Of a DNA stretch of 64,000 nucleotides, positions 28,040 to 40,209 are shown piece by piece. A program made the position numbers and the translations under genes. Position 1 is the first letter of the stretch. Each line of letters begins with the position of its first letter. The notes beneath the pieces are model-generated. The model was not told where the DNA came from. It saw only the letters and a list, made by a program, of their open reading frames with translations, and ran no database searches. This DNA is from Octopus vulgaris (taxonomy: Eukaryota). The stretch is from positions 92,504,001 through 92,568,000 of the forward strand of contig OX597820.1 of the NCBI GenBank assembly GCA_951406725.2, read 5' to 3'.

Positions 28040-30477
28040 GCTGAGTCAGCCGAAGGCGGATTGGGCCGCCCCAAATCCGGTTCTCCACGTCCATTTCACA
28101 TATAGATGTCTTTGAAACGATACTTCCAACTTCTTGTAGGGGTTGGCCGTTGATGCTAATGTTTGTGGGTGGACTATTCTAGCCTGGTACAGTTTGGATC
28201 AGTGTTTTCTGTGTTCACCAGCATACAGAGCGTTCGTGAGCCGCGTTGTAAAGATCGGTCGTCCTTTGTAGGCAATCTGCGATCCGGCTCGGAGTGGCAT
28301 TGTCAGGGAAGACGTCTCCTGCGACGATGAGGAGGCAATTGAGTAGGATACGGACAAAGATCTTGCTTGTAATACTCAGGAGTGAGATGCCCAATAGTTC
28401 TTGCAATCCTCTAGGTCTGTCTTCTTGTAGATGGTGATGATAGTCGCATCGCGGAAGTCTTTCGTTGGGGGTGGGGAGGCCTTGCTTTCCCAGATCTTGT
28501 GGATAAGGAGTATTAGATGATTTCTCAGCTCAGGATCTCCATGCGTGAAAAACTCAAAGTCTCTTTGGTCCGCATAGTTTTGCGTCTCCTCTGCTTTCAT
28601 CTGCCACCAGCTGTTCTGAGCTCGAATTCCTCGCTGGCATTCCGCTGATGCTTGCTGGTTTTTTCGTTTGTTTTCCACAGTGGCATGGTTATCAAGGTCT
28701 AGGCGCGTCCGGAGTTTGTCTGCGATGAGACGGTAGATGGTTTCATCATTCTCGCCAAACCAGTCTTGGTCCTTCTTCCGGGCAAAGCCAATTGTCTCCT
28801 GGGCAGCAGCGCTCATGACTTCACGATGGCTGGTCTAGCGATTCTTAATGGAGGTTGGTTCTGGCAGGTCCATCAGATTTCTCTCAATGGATTCTCTGAA
28901 GTCTTGGGAGTTTGGCGCAGTCGAAGCGTCGGCAAGGGATGTTTGCTGAGACCCGCTTTGGTAAACAGCGGATCTTGTTGTCAAGGCGAGAAATAAGAAG
29001 GCGGTGATCCGTCCAGCATTCATCAGTACCAGGCATGGAGCGGGTAATGCGTACATCTCGTCTGTCCCTAGATCTTGTCAGAATGTAGTCGAGAATGTGC
29101 CAGTGTTTAGACCATGGGTGTTTCCATGTTGTTTTTTGTCGGGTAGGGAGACGAAATAAGGAGATAGTCATGACGAGCTCGTGCTCGGCGCAAAGTCCCA
29201 GGAGAGATGGCTATTTGCATTCTATTTTCCAATGCCGTGATGGCCAACAATGCCATTCCATAGAGAAGGCTCACTGCCAACTCTGCCGTTAAATTCCCCC
29301 AATACGACGAGTTTGTGGTGCGCGAGGACTGTCTCGCTGGTGCGGTCCAGTAGGTTGTAGAATGAAGCCTTGACGTCGTCTTCGGATGTGAGGGTAGAGG
29401 CATACACAGAAATCAGCGTAAAGAATCTGTCCCGAATGAGTGGGATCCCAACAGTCATCAGGCGCTCACTGACGGCAGTTGAGATGAATATGTGTTGGTC
29501 TACGAGTTACATTTTTATGGCAAGGCCAACTACATCGATGCGTGATTCATTAAGATTCTTCCCTTTCCAAAAGATGGTTGTTTTTGGAGCCAGCTTATCT
29601 GATGTTACCTTCTTCGGGAAGCCTAGTCTCGCTCAAGGCTGCCACATCGATGTTGATGCGAACAAGTTCCTTGCAGACAAGGGCTCTACATCGCTCTGGT
29701 CGATTAATGTTACTCTTGTCCTAGGGAGTGCGTATGTTCTAGGCTCCGAAGGTGAGTGTTGTGAAACAGAGGATTTAGTAGAGTTCCGACCGCAGCATGA
29801 TGGCCAGATCGAGTTGCCGTATCCGAAGTTTACCCCACCTTTTCTAGGGTCTTTCCCTTGAGAGGTAGGCTGCAGTAATCCAAAAGAGGCAAGCCCAGTC
29901 ACGAGTCTAGCTACCGAACTCCACTATCATGTCTATTCATTGGAGAGTGACCATCTGAGATTTGCCGCCAATGTGTGGTCACGGACTAGAGACTTCCAGC
30001 TTATAAATCTGCCTCCGGTACCCACGATATCATCGACATTGGGCTTTTTGAGCCAGATTAGAAAGACGAAACCATTCGCTGAGTAAATTGTTTGTGGTGA
30101 TCGTGGATGCGCGACAGCCACGCGCAGGCACATTGCCAGGAACGTCTCCACTGCTGCTCAACAATTGAAACGAGCATTCTTGATGAGGCTGGTTGCAGGG
30201 AGCTGCTAGAGTCTATCCGCCTTTGCTGGAGTATATCCGCCAGGCGTTGCCCACTTCCTCCGGAGTCAATCTTTGGGGGTTAAAAGAGCCCATCTCCGCT
30301 TGCTCCGCTGTTGGGGTCTTGATGTTGGTGTTTCGTCGTGTTTATTCTGAGACCTCATCCTCGACCTTGCCTCCATGGGTGGCCCTACAAGGAGTCTAAG
30401 ACACCAGACAGTATCGCTCTCAGAATCTTTGGAACATAAGCTCTTCCGACATGGCATGGGACGGCCATCGGAAGTGA
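28040..30477 (-). mobile_element. RTE (BovB-like) LINE retaining its 5' UTR and APE domain; RT core deleted
   Basis: APE motifs TLISVYA, LVVLGEFNGRVG, TWKHPWSKHWHILDYIL, WTDHRLL; DWFGEND; RT start DATIITIYKK..GISLLSITSKIFVRILL. No QG..SP or YADD motif is seen before the frame resumes in post-YADD sequence. Confidence 0.9.
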
Positions 30478-31781
30478 TACATACATACATACATACATAC
30501 ATACACATGTGAGTATGTGAGTATACATAGTTGCATACTTTTAAGAATATATATGTAACTCTACATAGTGTAACTCATATATAAATATATGTTGTCTTTA
30601 GAAAACTTAGCTATCTGTCACCGTTTATGAATAAGTTATCAAGCGCCTAGGTATTGTTACGAACGGTTTCTATAAAGCCTCTGATGAATTCATTCCTGTC
30701 TCTGTTAAATTTATTGAAATTTTCGATTAATATTCCGCCAATTCGTATCTCTCGTGTGTGAAATTTCAAAATTTTTCGAAATTAAATATTAATGCTATCA
30801 CCTAAAAAATTATATAAGATTTGAAATATAGTGAAAACTCGTGGTAGGTTAAACGTCATTTCGATAAAATATAGACGTAATTTGGAATTATTAATGAAAG
30901 TAATTTTTGTATGTGTGACTTTCTATTTTATCGACGTATATGTTCTCTATGTGGTTGCTGATACGTTCGTCTTTGTATGTGTGAGCGCGTATATGATGTA
31001 TTTCTGTTTGCACAGAATATAAAATAACGTATTTAGATAGATTTATAGATAGCTAGATTGTTGGCAACACATAGTTGTACATTTCAAGTGTATCACATAT
31101 ATTTTAAAAGAAATATGTACGACAGAATTATACAATCATTATTTATATCTATAATTCTGTCACTTACTACTTCTCCACTTCTCCATCCATATATGCGTGA
31201 ATGTATTTATATGTATGATTGTGTGTGCGTGTGTATGCCTATGTGTGTGAGTGCGTGTAGATACTTATACGCACACACAAACATATGTATATATAAGTAT
31301 ATATACCACACTTGACAGGCATGTTTGCTAGAATGTCAAATATTGCCACGATTGTTGCAACTCAATAAATGGACATTCATTCAACAGAATCTTCCCCTTC
31401 CAATCACTCGACTAGTGTCACACTAAGCTTCGCTCAGCATTAGTATCTTTACCTTGCGGATATCTCGTCTACGGGCATAGCCAAAATAGGGTGTGTTAAC
31501 ATTTGGCAATAGAATATAAAATATATACTGCTTTACAATAAATAGCCGAAGAGAATTCATTTTCTGTTTTTCAAACAACCTCATTTACAGGCACCCGGCA
31601 CTTCATGGAAGATTTGCACGTTTGGAAATCTTCCAGTATTCTACATGTATGGAAATTGAGTATGGAATTGAGAGAGAATATAGTTCACGTTAAAGCGTTC
31701 AACGTTAACGGATGACATTCGCGAGTGCAATGATTTCGTAGGCTGGAGGTTTGTTGTATTATTAGAGGAAATATCTAAAAA

Positions 31782-32043
31782 GGCGGCGAGTTGACAGAAT
31801 CGTTAGCACGCAGAATGGTTTGCAGAATCGTTAGCACGCAGAATGGTTTGCAGAAGCGTTAGCAATGCTTAGCGGTATTTCCTCTGTTGCTATATCCTGA
31901 GTTCAAATTCAGCCGCAGACTGCTTTGCCTTTCATCCTTTCGGGGTAGATAAGTTAAGTACCAGTAGAACACTGGAGTCCATGTGAATGACTAGTCCCCT
32001 CCCACTAAATTTCAGGCGTTGTACCTTTAGTAGAAAGTATTAT
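31782..32043 (+). mobile_element. SINE family A with an internal 28-bp tandem duplication
   Basis: GGCGGCGAGTTGACAGAATCG head; CAGAATCGTTAGCACGCAGAATGGTTTG at 31795 and 31823; GAGTTCAAATTC. Confidence 0.8.
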
Positions 32044-32071
32044 TACATGAAAAACTGCTGAAAGATGTGTA

Positions 32072-32152
32072 CAGTAATCCCCCGCCATATCACGGTTCAC
32101 CTATCGCGTGGGATTTTGGAGCGTAACACCCGCAATAGACGAGGGATTACTG
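32072..32152. mobile_element. 81-bp pogo/Tigger-like MITE
   Basis: TIRs CAGTAATCCCCCG / CGAGGGATTACTG with TA on both sides. Confidence 0.75.
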
Positions 32153-33038
32153 TAAATCAAAATTGAAAACAGAGTTTTGATTAATTGAATTTGGAAATAT
32201 AATATGGTGCAAAATAGTTGATGTTTAGCAGGGACGCTTGCACTGCGGCCTTTTTCGACAATTTCTCATCAAACCTTAGGCATTAGCGTGTCTGCTGGCA
32301 ACATTAATATTCAAATGTAAACTGTTCAACATACAAAATAAGCACGGCTTACTGTATATCATACAAGCACGACTAGGAAATACTACATATTAATTGTTTT
32401 ACAATTTTCAACAAATAGGAATCTGTCATGCTGTGACAATGTTTAAATTGATTATGTCACCAAAATTAATTTATCTGCTACTTGCTTAACTGATATTCTA
32501 AACGTGCTAAGGTAGGCAACCAGAATAAAGTCAAATACGAAAAATATTCTTGTGTGAAGCATCAGACATTATGCGATTAATATTAACTGTTCATCTTCAG
32601 CATATTCAATTCATTCTCATTTCAATCTCTTAATTCATGTAATTATGCAAGTTCTTTAATGGTGGCATCAATGATTAATGATGTGTAAAACAAATATATT
32701 TTCCTAGTTCCAAGCTCTTTAGATTTTTGTGCATACACTCCGGTTCATAACAGGAGAGTTAATGATGTGTTGAAAGGAAAATTCAAACAAATTTGAATGA
32801 GGCTATTTATCATTTTCCGAAAATATTACAAGTGTTTCAGTGTTTTACTTCTTTTGGTCATTTGAATATGCACCGGGTAAAGTTCAAATGAGCTTAGTCG
32901 AGTAAACCGGCACTAGTCCTTATTATCAGTAATTACTGACTCTATAGAATCTCTTCAGCGACACTACTAATAAACGGAGCCGTAAATAAACCTACACTTG
33001 TTTTCAAATGAGAAGAGCGCAAGTACAAAATTTCACAC

Positions 33039-33082
<44 letters not shown>

Positions 33083-33105
33083 TTATATATATATATATAA
33101 TGTAC

Positions 33106-33183
<78 letters not shown>

Positions 33184-33370
33184 TAAGCAATAAAGGGTTT
33201 AGCAACGAATTGCATTACCACAGACCGAATTTAGAAATAGCAGTCAAAGAGTTATAGCTATTTCTTCTACTAAAAAGGGAGATCTCAGTAAAAACACAGC
33301 AATTGGAAGGCAGACACAAACAGGTAAGAGAGAATGAATTGACGGCAATCTATCATACAATTTTAAGTTA

Positions 33371-33470
33371 TCTACGGACGCACGTTTCGAAATCAAGTTT
33401 TTAGGAAAGCATAAGAATTAAATATTAAATAATTCTACCTTACCCAAACTTCTTTTCTCTTCAGCGTAGA
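33371..33470 (-). ncRNA. Type I hammerhead ribozyme, array copy 1
   Basis: Reverse complement: TCTACG-CTGAAGA-GAAA..TTTC-GAAAC-GTGC-GTC-CGTAGA. Confidence 0.88.
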
Positions 33471-33964
33471 ATACTATAATCATAAATGATTATATATTGA
33501 ATTTTGAGATACTAGAAGGCACCAACTCAACTCAGTATCAGAGCGAGCTAGAATCCGCAACTAGTATCACCAAATTCAAAGTGTGAATGAAAAGATTGTG
33601 TCACCAGCCCCTTCCCACCCGCGTGTAGCCAAAACAAGATGCTGTGGTCATCTACTGAGATAAAATATGGTTATCCGTAATAGTGAAGGGTGAAATTAAT
33701 TAATTTGGAATAATTATCAATTACACCAAGTAGTCTTCGGCATGTAAAAGCCTCATTCGAGGAAAATTTAAGTAATACTAAGCAATAAAGGGTTTAGCAA
33801 CGAATTGCCTTACCACAGACCGAATTTAGAAATAGCAGTCAAAGAGTTATAGCTATTTCTTCTACTAAAAGGGAGATCTCAGTAAAAACACAGCAATTGG
33901 AAGGCAGACACAAACAGGTAAGAGAGAATGAATTGACGGCAATCTATCATACAATTTTAAGTTA

Positions 33965-34064
33965 TCTACGGACGCACGTTTCGAAATCAAGTTTTTAGGA
34001 AAGCATAAGAATTAAATATTAAATAATTCTACCTTACCCAAACTTCTTTTCTCTTCAGCGTAGA
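33965..34064 (-). ncRNA. Type I hammerhead ribozyme, array copy 2
   Basis: Same motif, 594 nt from copy 1. Confidence 0.88.
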
Positions 34065-34730
34065 ATACTATAATCATAAATGATTATATATTGAATTTTG
34101 AGATACTAGAAGGCACCAACTCAACTCAGTATCAGAGCGAGCTAGAATCCGCAACTAGTATCACCAAATTCAAAGTGTGAATGAAAAGATTGTGTCACCA
34201 GCCCCTTCCCACCCGCGTGTAGCCAAAACAAGATGCTGTGGTCATCTACTGAGATAGATTGCCGTCAATTCATTCTCTCTTACCTGTTTGTGTCTGCCTT
34301 CCAATTGCTGTGTTTTTACTGAGATCTCCTTTTTAGTAGAAGAAATAGCTATAACTCTTTGACTGCTATTTCTAAATTCGGTCTGTGGTAAGGCAATTCG
34401 TTGCTAAACCCTTTATTGCTTAGTATTACTTAAATTTTCCTCGAATGAGGCTTTTACATGCCGAAGACTACTTGGTGTAATTGATAATTATTCCAAATTA
34501 ATTAATTTCACCCTTCATTATTACGGATAACCATATTTTATCTCAGTAGATGAGCACAGCATCTTGTTTTGGCTACACGCGGGTGGGAAGGGGCTGGTGA
34601 CACAATCTTTTCATTCACACTTTGAATTTGGTGATACTAGTTGCGGATTCTAGCTCGCTCTGATACTGAGTTGAGTTGGTGCCTTCTAGTATCTCAAAAT
34701 TGAATATATAGTCATTTATGATTATAGTAT

Positions 34731-34830
34731 TCTACGCTGAAGAGAAAAGAAGTTTGGGTAAGGTAGAATTATTTAATATTTAATTCTTATGCTTTCCTAA
34801 AAACTTGATTTCGAAACGTGCGTCCGTAGA
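34731..34830 (+). ncRNA. Type I hammerhead ribozyme, array copy 3 (predicted cleavage after C34824)
   Basis: Stem I TCTACG(34731-36)/CGTAGA(34825-30); CTGAAGA 34737-43; stem II 34744-34812 closed by GAAA/TTTC; GAAAC 34813-17; GTGC; GUC triplet 34822-24. Confidence 0.9.
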
Positions 34831-35324
34831 TAACTTAAAATTGTATGATAGATTGCCGTCAATTCATTCTCTCTTACCTGTTTGTGTCTGCCTTCCAATT
34901 GCTGTGTTTTTACTGAGATCTCCCTTTTAGTAGAAGAAATAGCTATAACTCTTTGACTGCTATTTCTAAATTCGGTCTGTGGTAAGGCAATTCGTTGCTA
35001 AACCCTTTATTGCTTAGTATTACTTAAATTTTCCTCGAATGAGGCTTTTACATGCCGAAGACTACTTGGTGTAATTGATAATTATTCCAAATTAATTAAT
35101 TTCACCCTTCAGTATTACGGATAACCATATTTTATCTCAGTAGATGACCACAGCATCTTGTTTTGGCTACACGCGGGTGGGAAGGGGCTGGTGACACAAT
35201 CTTTTCATTCACACTTTGAATTTGGTGATACTAGTTGCGGATTCTAGCTCGCTCTGATACTGATTTGAGTTGGTGCCTTCTAGTATCTCAAAATTCAATA
35301 TATAATCATTTATGATTATAGTAT

Positions 35325-35424
35325 TCTACGCTGAAGAGAAAAGAAGTTTGGGTAAGGTAGAATTATTTAATATTTAATTCTTATGCTTTCCTAAAAACTT
35401 GATTTCGAAACGTGCGTCCGTAGA
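35325..35424 (+). ncRNA. Type I hammerhead ribozyme, array copy 4 (predicted cleavage after C35418)
   Basis: Same motif, 594 nt after copy 3. Confidence 0.9.
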
Positions 35425-35919
35425 TAACTTAAAATTGTATGATAGATTGCCGTCAATTCATTCTCTCTTACCTGTTTGTGTCTGCCTTCCAATTGCTGTG
35501 TTTTTACTGAGATCTCCCTATTTAGTAGAAGAAATAGCTATAACTCTTTGACTGCTATTTCTAAATTCGGTCTGTGGTAAGGCAATTCGTTGCTAAACCC
35601 TTTATTGCTTAGTATTACTTAAATTTTCCTCGAATGAGGCTTTTACATGCCGAAGACTACTTGGTGTAATTGATAATTATTCCAAATTAATTAATTTCAC
35701 CCTTCATTATTACGGATAACCATATTTTATCTCAGTAGATGACCACAGCATCTTGTTTTGGCTACACGCGGGTGGGAAGGGGCTGGTGACACAATCTTTT
35801 CATTCACACTTTGAATTTGGTGATACTAGTTGCGGATTCTAGCTCGCTCTGATACTGAGTTGAGTTGGTGCCTTCTAGTATCTCAAAATTCAATATATAA
35901 TCATTTATGATTATAGTAT

Positions 35920-36019
35920 TCTACGCTGAAGAGAAAAGAAGTTTGGGTAAGGTAGAATTATTTAATATTTAATTCTTATGCTTTCCTAAAAACTTGATTT
36001 CGAAACGTGCGTCCGTAGA
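35920..36019 (+). ncRNA. Type I hammerhead ribozyme, array copy 5 (predicted cleavage after C36013)
   Basis: Same motif, 595 nt after copy 4. Confidence 0.9.
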
Positions 36020-36180
36020 TAACTTAAAATTGTATGAAAGATTGCCGTCAATTCATTCTCTCTTACCTGTTTGTGTCTGCCTTCCAATTGCTGTGTTTTT
36101 ACTGAGATCTCCTTTTTAGTAGAAGAAATAGCTATAACTCTTTGACTGTTATTTCTAAATTCGGTCTGTGGTAAGGCAAT

Positions 36181-36217
<37 letters not shown>

Positions 36218-37119
36218 TATGTAAATATAATGTATGTATATATATATATGCATGTATGTATATGTATGTATATATATATATATGGATGTATATGTATTTG
36301 TGTGCGTGTGTGTGTGTGTGTGCGTGCGTGTGTGTATGTGTGTTTAAGCAAGCGCGCGTGTGCATGTAACGATTTTCTGCACAGTTTGTGTGTACCAAAC
36401 TTATTCACAAGGTATTGTTCAGGTCGGGGCGATAGTAAAGTCCCTCACCCAATACGCATGAAAACATGTAACGACTTAGTGCATTTGCACCGATGATCTA
36501 ACATGAGAAATATTATGCTGTATTTCCACAAGAGAATAAATGGAAAACTGATAATCTTTCAAGATAATAAAATCATGCACAAAATTGAAACAGCAAGTGA
36601 TCGATTATTCCTGTTCTTTCCTACCAGATATGCTTGGATTAACAATTTCCCGTTAATTGTCCTCCTTCTGTTTCTAAATTTTTGTTTGTCTCTTTAGCCA
36701 CTACTTTCTGTCTCGGTGTTTAACACTTTGTGCATTGTACTTTACTCAAAGGTTCCCCGCAGAGAATAATCGAGAAGCATTTCACATGAAAAGCAAATAC
36801 ATTGATATCAAAAATCAAGATGACATGCAAATATGAGCACTGTCCGTATACAGCTGAATGATTAAAAGAAAATGAAAAATAATGCATGGATATAGAAACC
36901 TTTACTAATACTAGCTCTAATTAGGAGTATAACGCAGTCCACTACAGCAGATGGCAAAATATTATGTTGCTAGTATTGAAAGCTTAGCTTACAAACGTAT
37001 TACAGTAAAAACAATTGTAGTAACATCAGTTACATTATCACATAGAATTATTTCAATAAAAAATATCTCTATGGCAAATAAATCGTATTACAACAAGTAA
37101 TATACGGTAATAATATCAA

Positions 37120-37732
37120 CTAGAAGAAAGGTAAAAGTGCACATCGATACAACATCGGAGAAGGGAACTTATAACATACGAGCAAAACGTCCCCGACCAA
37201 TGGATGGTGCTGAGTTGTCAAATATTTAAACCAAATTTTCTCAAAACAACTTGTCCGATCGTCCCATAGGCCTCCCATTTGAGAAATACTGATTTAACCT
37301 AAATTTGAGACACCAGCAAAAGAAGAAATAAAGATAGACTTTTTTTCTATTCCAAAGAAAAACAATTTTATTCACACAAATATGCAACCGAAGATTTTAA
37401 AGTACAAGTAATGATAAGGCTGTTGACTGGGAGAACACAAACATGGTTTAAACAGTAAACTTGGTAGGAAAGGTACGTGCCTTTAAGCAGTACAAAAACA
37501 ACAAAAAATGTAAGGTGCAGTTATGTACAGGTTGAGTGAAGAAAAGCAGGACAAAAACGGCTTTATCGATCGCATTCTCACCTGGAATCGAGTTTTGTAA
37601 TTTTTTCAAGACTTATACACGCCCTGATACCGTCGGTATCTACATATCAAATTTGAGTACAATCGGATGGAGGATGCCCGAGATCCTAGAAGGCACATAC
37701 ACAGACAGACAGAACGGATTTTATATAATAGA
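37120..37732 (-). mobile_element. Non-autonomous Helitron-like element, copy 1
   Basis: On the minus strand it starts A|TCTATTATATAAAA, has (TCTG)n near the 5' end and ends CTAG|T. Shares two blocks with 62069-62530. Confidence 0.6.
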
Positions 37733-40147
37733 TTCTGCCGCTTTATATTTTGAGGGCAAATCCCACACCGGTTGGCTTTGATTTCTACCCTTCCAAACTG
37801 TGTACATCAGGTAGTTTTTGGTTGTATTTGATCAACGTCGCACATTCCTAAAATATTTTACCTTCATTTTAAGCTAGAAATCAATAATATTGACATGTTT
37901 CTCGTTCATTAGGAGACGGAAAAGTCATGCTGCTCTTCTGAATAGTCAAATCTTATTTTACAATACATTAACACTGGCAGCAATTTGTCGTTAATTTTAT
38001 AAATTTCTGACAAATGCAATTGCATTGTGCTTGTCTAGACATTGTCCCTTTTACAATAATGAATCCCGAACGGTGTCCGCACTAATTACGCTTCATTTTC
38101 GAGCAACCAGCTGAGAGAAGCCTGGGAAACAAAGAGTGAAATAGTTTAGTGTGTGTCTACTAGAAAAATATTTTGTTTCGTTATAATTGTTTAGTAGGGC
38201 GGAAGATGATGATTCTGTGACACCTGCTGGCTGCCATTTATGACTGATGAGATAGATGACAGCGTTGATGTTTGTACTGAATCTCTGTCAGGCGACAGCA
38301 TCGGGAATAGCAATTAGGCGTGAATTATCTGCGAAATTTGGCTATTCTGGCATCTAGGCAAGAGGTGGGGGGAGAATTTAACGTAAGGGATGAGAGATGA
38401 GAGGAGTGAATACTGGGTTGGAGTGAGTTGATTTGGTACATAACTAGCAAGGTCTGAGTACAAGAAAGCATTGTAATAATTATAAGTGAACTATAATAGA
38501 AAATCACCCCCGTTAAAAGCTTTCTTACCAACGCGAAACTGCTAACTCGTTCCTTACTATCTTCTTACAGAAAGATATTCGGATCATATTAACATGTTGC
38601 TATACATATACATAGAAGTATGTGTGTGTGTATGTGTGTGTTTGTGTATGTATGTATGCGTTTATGTATAGCAATAGGTTAGTACGATCCAAATATATTG
38701 GTGTAGGAATTTAGAAAGCATCCAGTATGTGTATAGCTAGACTAGATGACAAGGAGGATAATATACGATAAAAAGAGTTTATTTACCATCGTAAGTAACT
38801 CATTTCGTGTCATAGTGAAATCAAACAAAATTTTGATAAGCTGACAGTTACTATACAACTCACGACTTAGGAACTAAAGTGGCTAAAACTGTGAATAAAA
38901 ATCGGAAGTGTAAGGAATAGAAAAGGTACATAAAGACTACATATTTTCATAGCTAAAAGAATGTTTGTAAATATAGATTCTAACATATATAAATTACTTA
39001 GGTAATTCTCAGGTCCTATTACCTTCAAGGTGTTTATATTGTCACGTGTAGAGAAGTAAATTATTCATCAATTTGGCCACAGCACAAATGGCAAGATGGA
39101 AAAAAATTAACATAAAGAGAAAAATACAATCCGTATGAAATTACCACTAAATTTAATTGTTAGTGGATAAGTCGCTCTAAATAGAAACTGGGTGGGTGTG
39201 TTTACAAATGCCATTTAATGATATCTGTAAAAGCACTACTAGAAGTTGATAGTCCTGAATATTACCTAAGTAGGTTTTATGAGTATTAACGTTATATAAC
39301 AAACATTGTTTTAGCTATGAAATATTTGTAGTATTTATTTGCCTTTTTCGTTCCTTGGACACGTATGGATATACATATATATGTGTTCATGTGCAAGCAT
39401 TTTCTTTTACTTTTCAAGATTCCTTTTTTCTTTAACTTCCACACTATTCGAAAAATATGCATTTTAACGTGACCAACCAATTTAATTTGCAATGGAAACT
39501 TCAATTCGGAAATGTAATTCATTCTCTATAAAGAAACAAGCGGTCAGATGTGCAACTTTCTGATACGTAACATGTATAAAAACTCTTGCTCCTTGAGTCA
39601 ATTTTGTAATGATAGATAAGTGGGAGGTGCGTTGCGTTATAGCATTAGGTGGAAGTATCAGGAATGTAACGGTATATAGCAATATAAAAAGAAGTGTGTG
39701 ACGAAAAGAAATACGACAAAAATGTATTAAAGATTAGAAAGCTGATGAGTTGTCTTATAGGAAAAATTTGTGATGTAGGTATATTTATGACTAATAACAA
39801 TACATCTAATGGAACCTCATATACCCAAATATTTCTGTATATATAGCAGTGTATTTGAAAAGTTTCTAGAGGTGAAACTGGATTGTAGTAATATCTCTCT
39901 GAATATGTATTATATCTTCTGTGTACAAATATATGTACGACTGATATTGCAGTATGTCACAGAATTCGCAGTAAAATAATGCAATAAAATGTTCCCCTAG
40001 TAAACCGCTGTTGTTAAAATCCTATTACACTTAGAACATCCAATTCAGAATGCAAAAATACAGTTGTGAAACGTAAGAAGGTACAATTGATAGAAATTTG
40101 AGTTTATCGCTATTTCCTCAATCCGGATAATGTGTGCGTATGTGTGA

Positions 40148-40209
<62 letters not shown>

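Larger units (their letters stand above)
33181..36180. repeat. Tandem-plus-inverted array of 594/595-bp hammerhead-containing units (retrozyme or PLE pseudo-LTR-like)
   Basis: Units start at 33181 and 33776 (the second truncated at 34256). Opposite-orientation copies lie at 34253-34425 (partial), 34426-35019, 35020-35614 and 35615-36180. Only scattered differences between copies, no long ORF, (TA)n on both flanks. Confidence 0.95.

Noticed and set aside
30679-30790. CTGATGA with a distant GAAAT
   Set aside because: No convincing stems; such matches are expected by chance in AT-rich DNA.
33181-36180. CRISPR array or coding tandem repeat
   Set aside because: Units are ~595 bp with no unique spacers and no long ORF; the context is eukaryotic.
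38243-38345. CTGATGA-GATA..TATC-TGC-GAAATTT, and a possible solo LTR around it
   Set aside because: Stem II is misregistered and stem I is absent; LTR termini and TSD could not be established.
38700-39900. Possible highly decayed PLE RT on the minus strand
   Set aside because: Only faint motif echoes (KHTH..QFL, WSR*NAYF); too degraded to support by eye.
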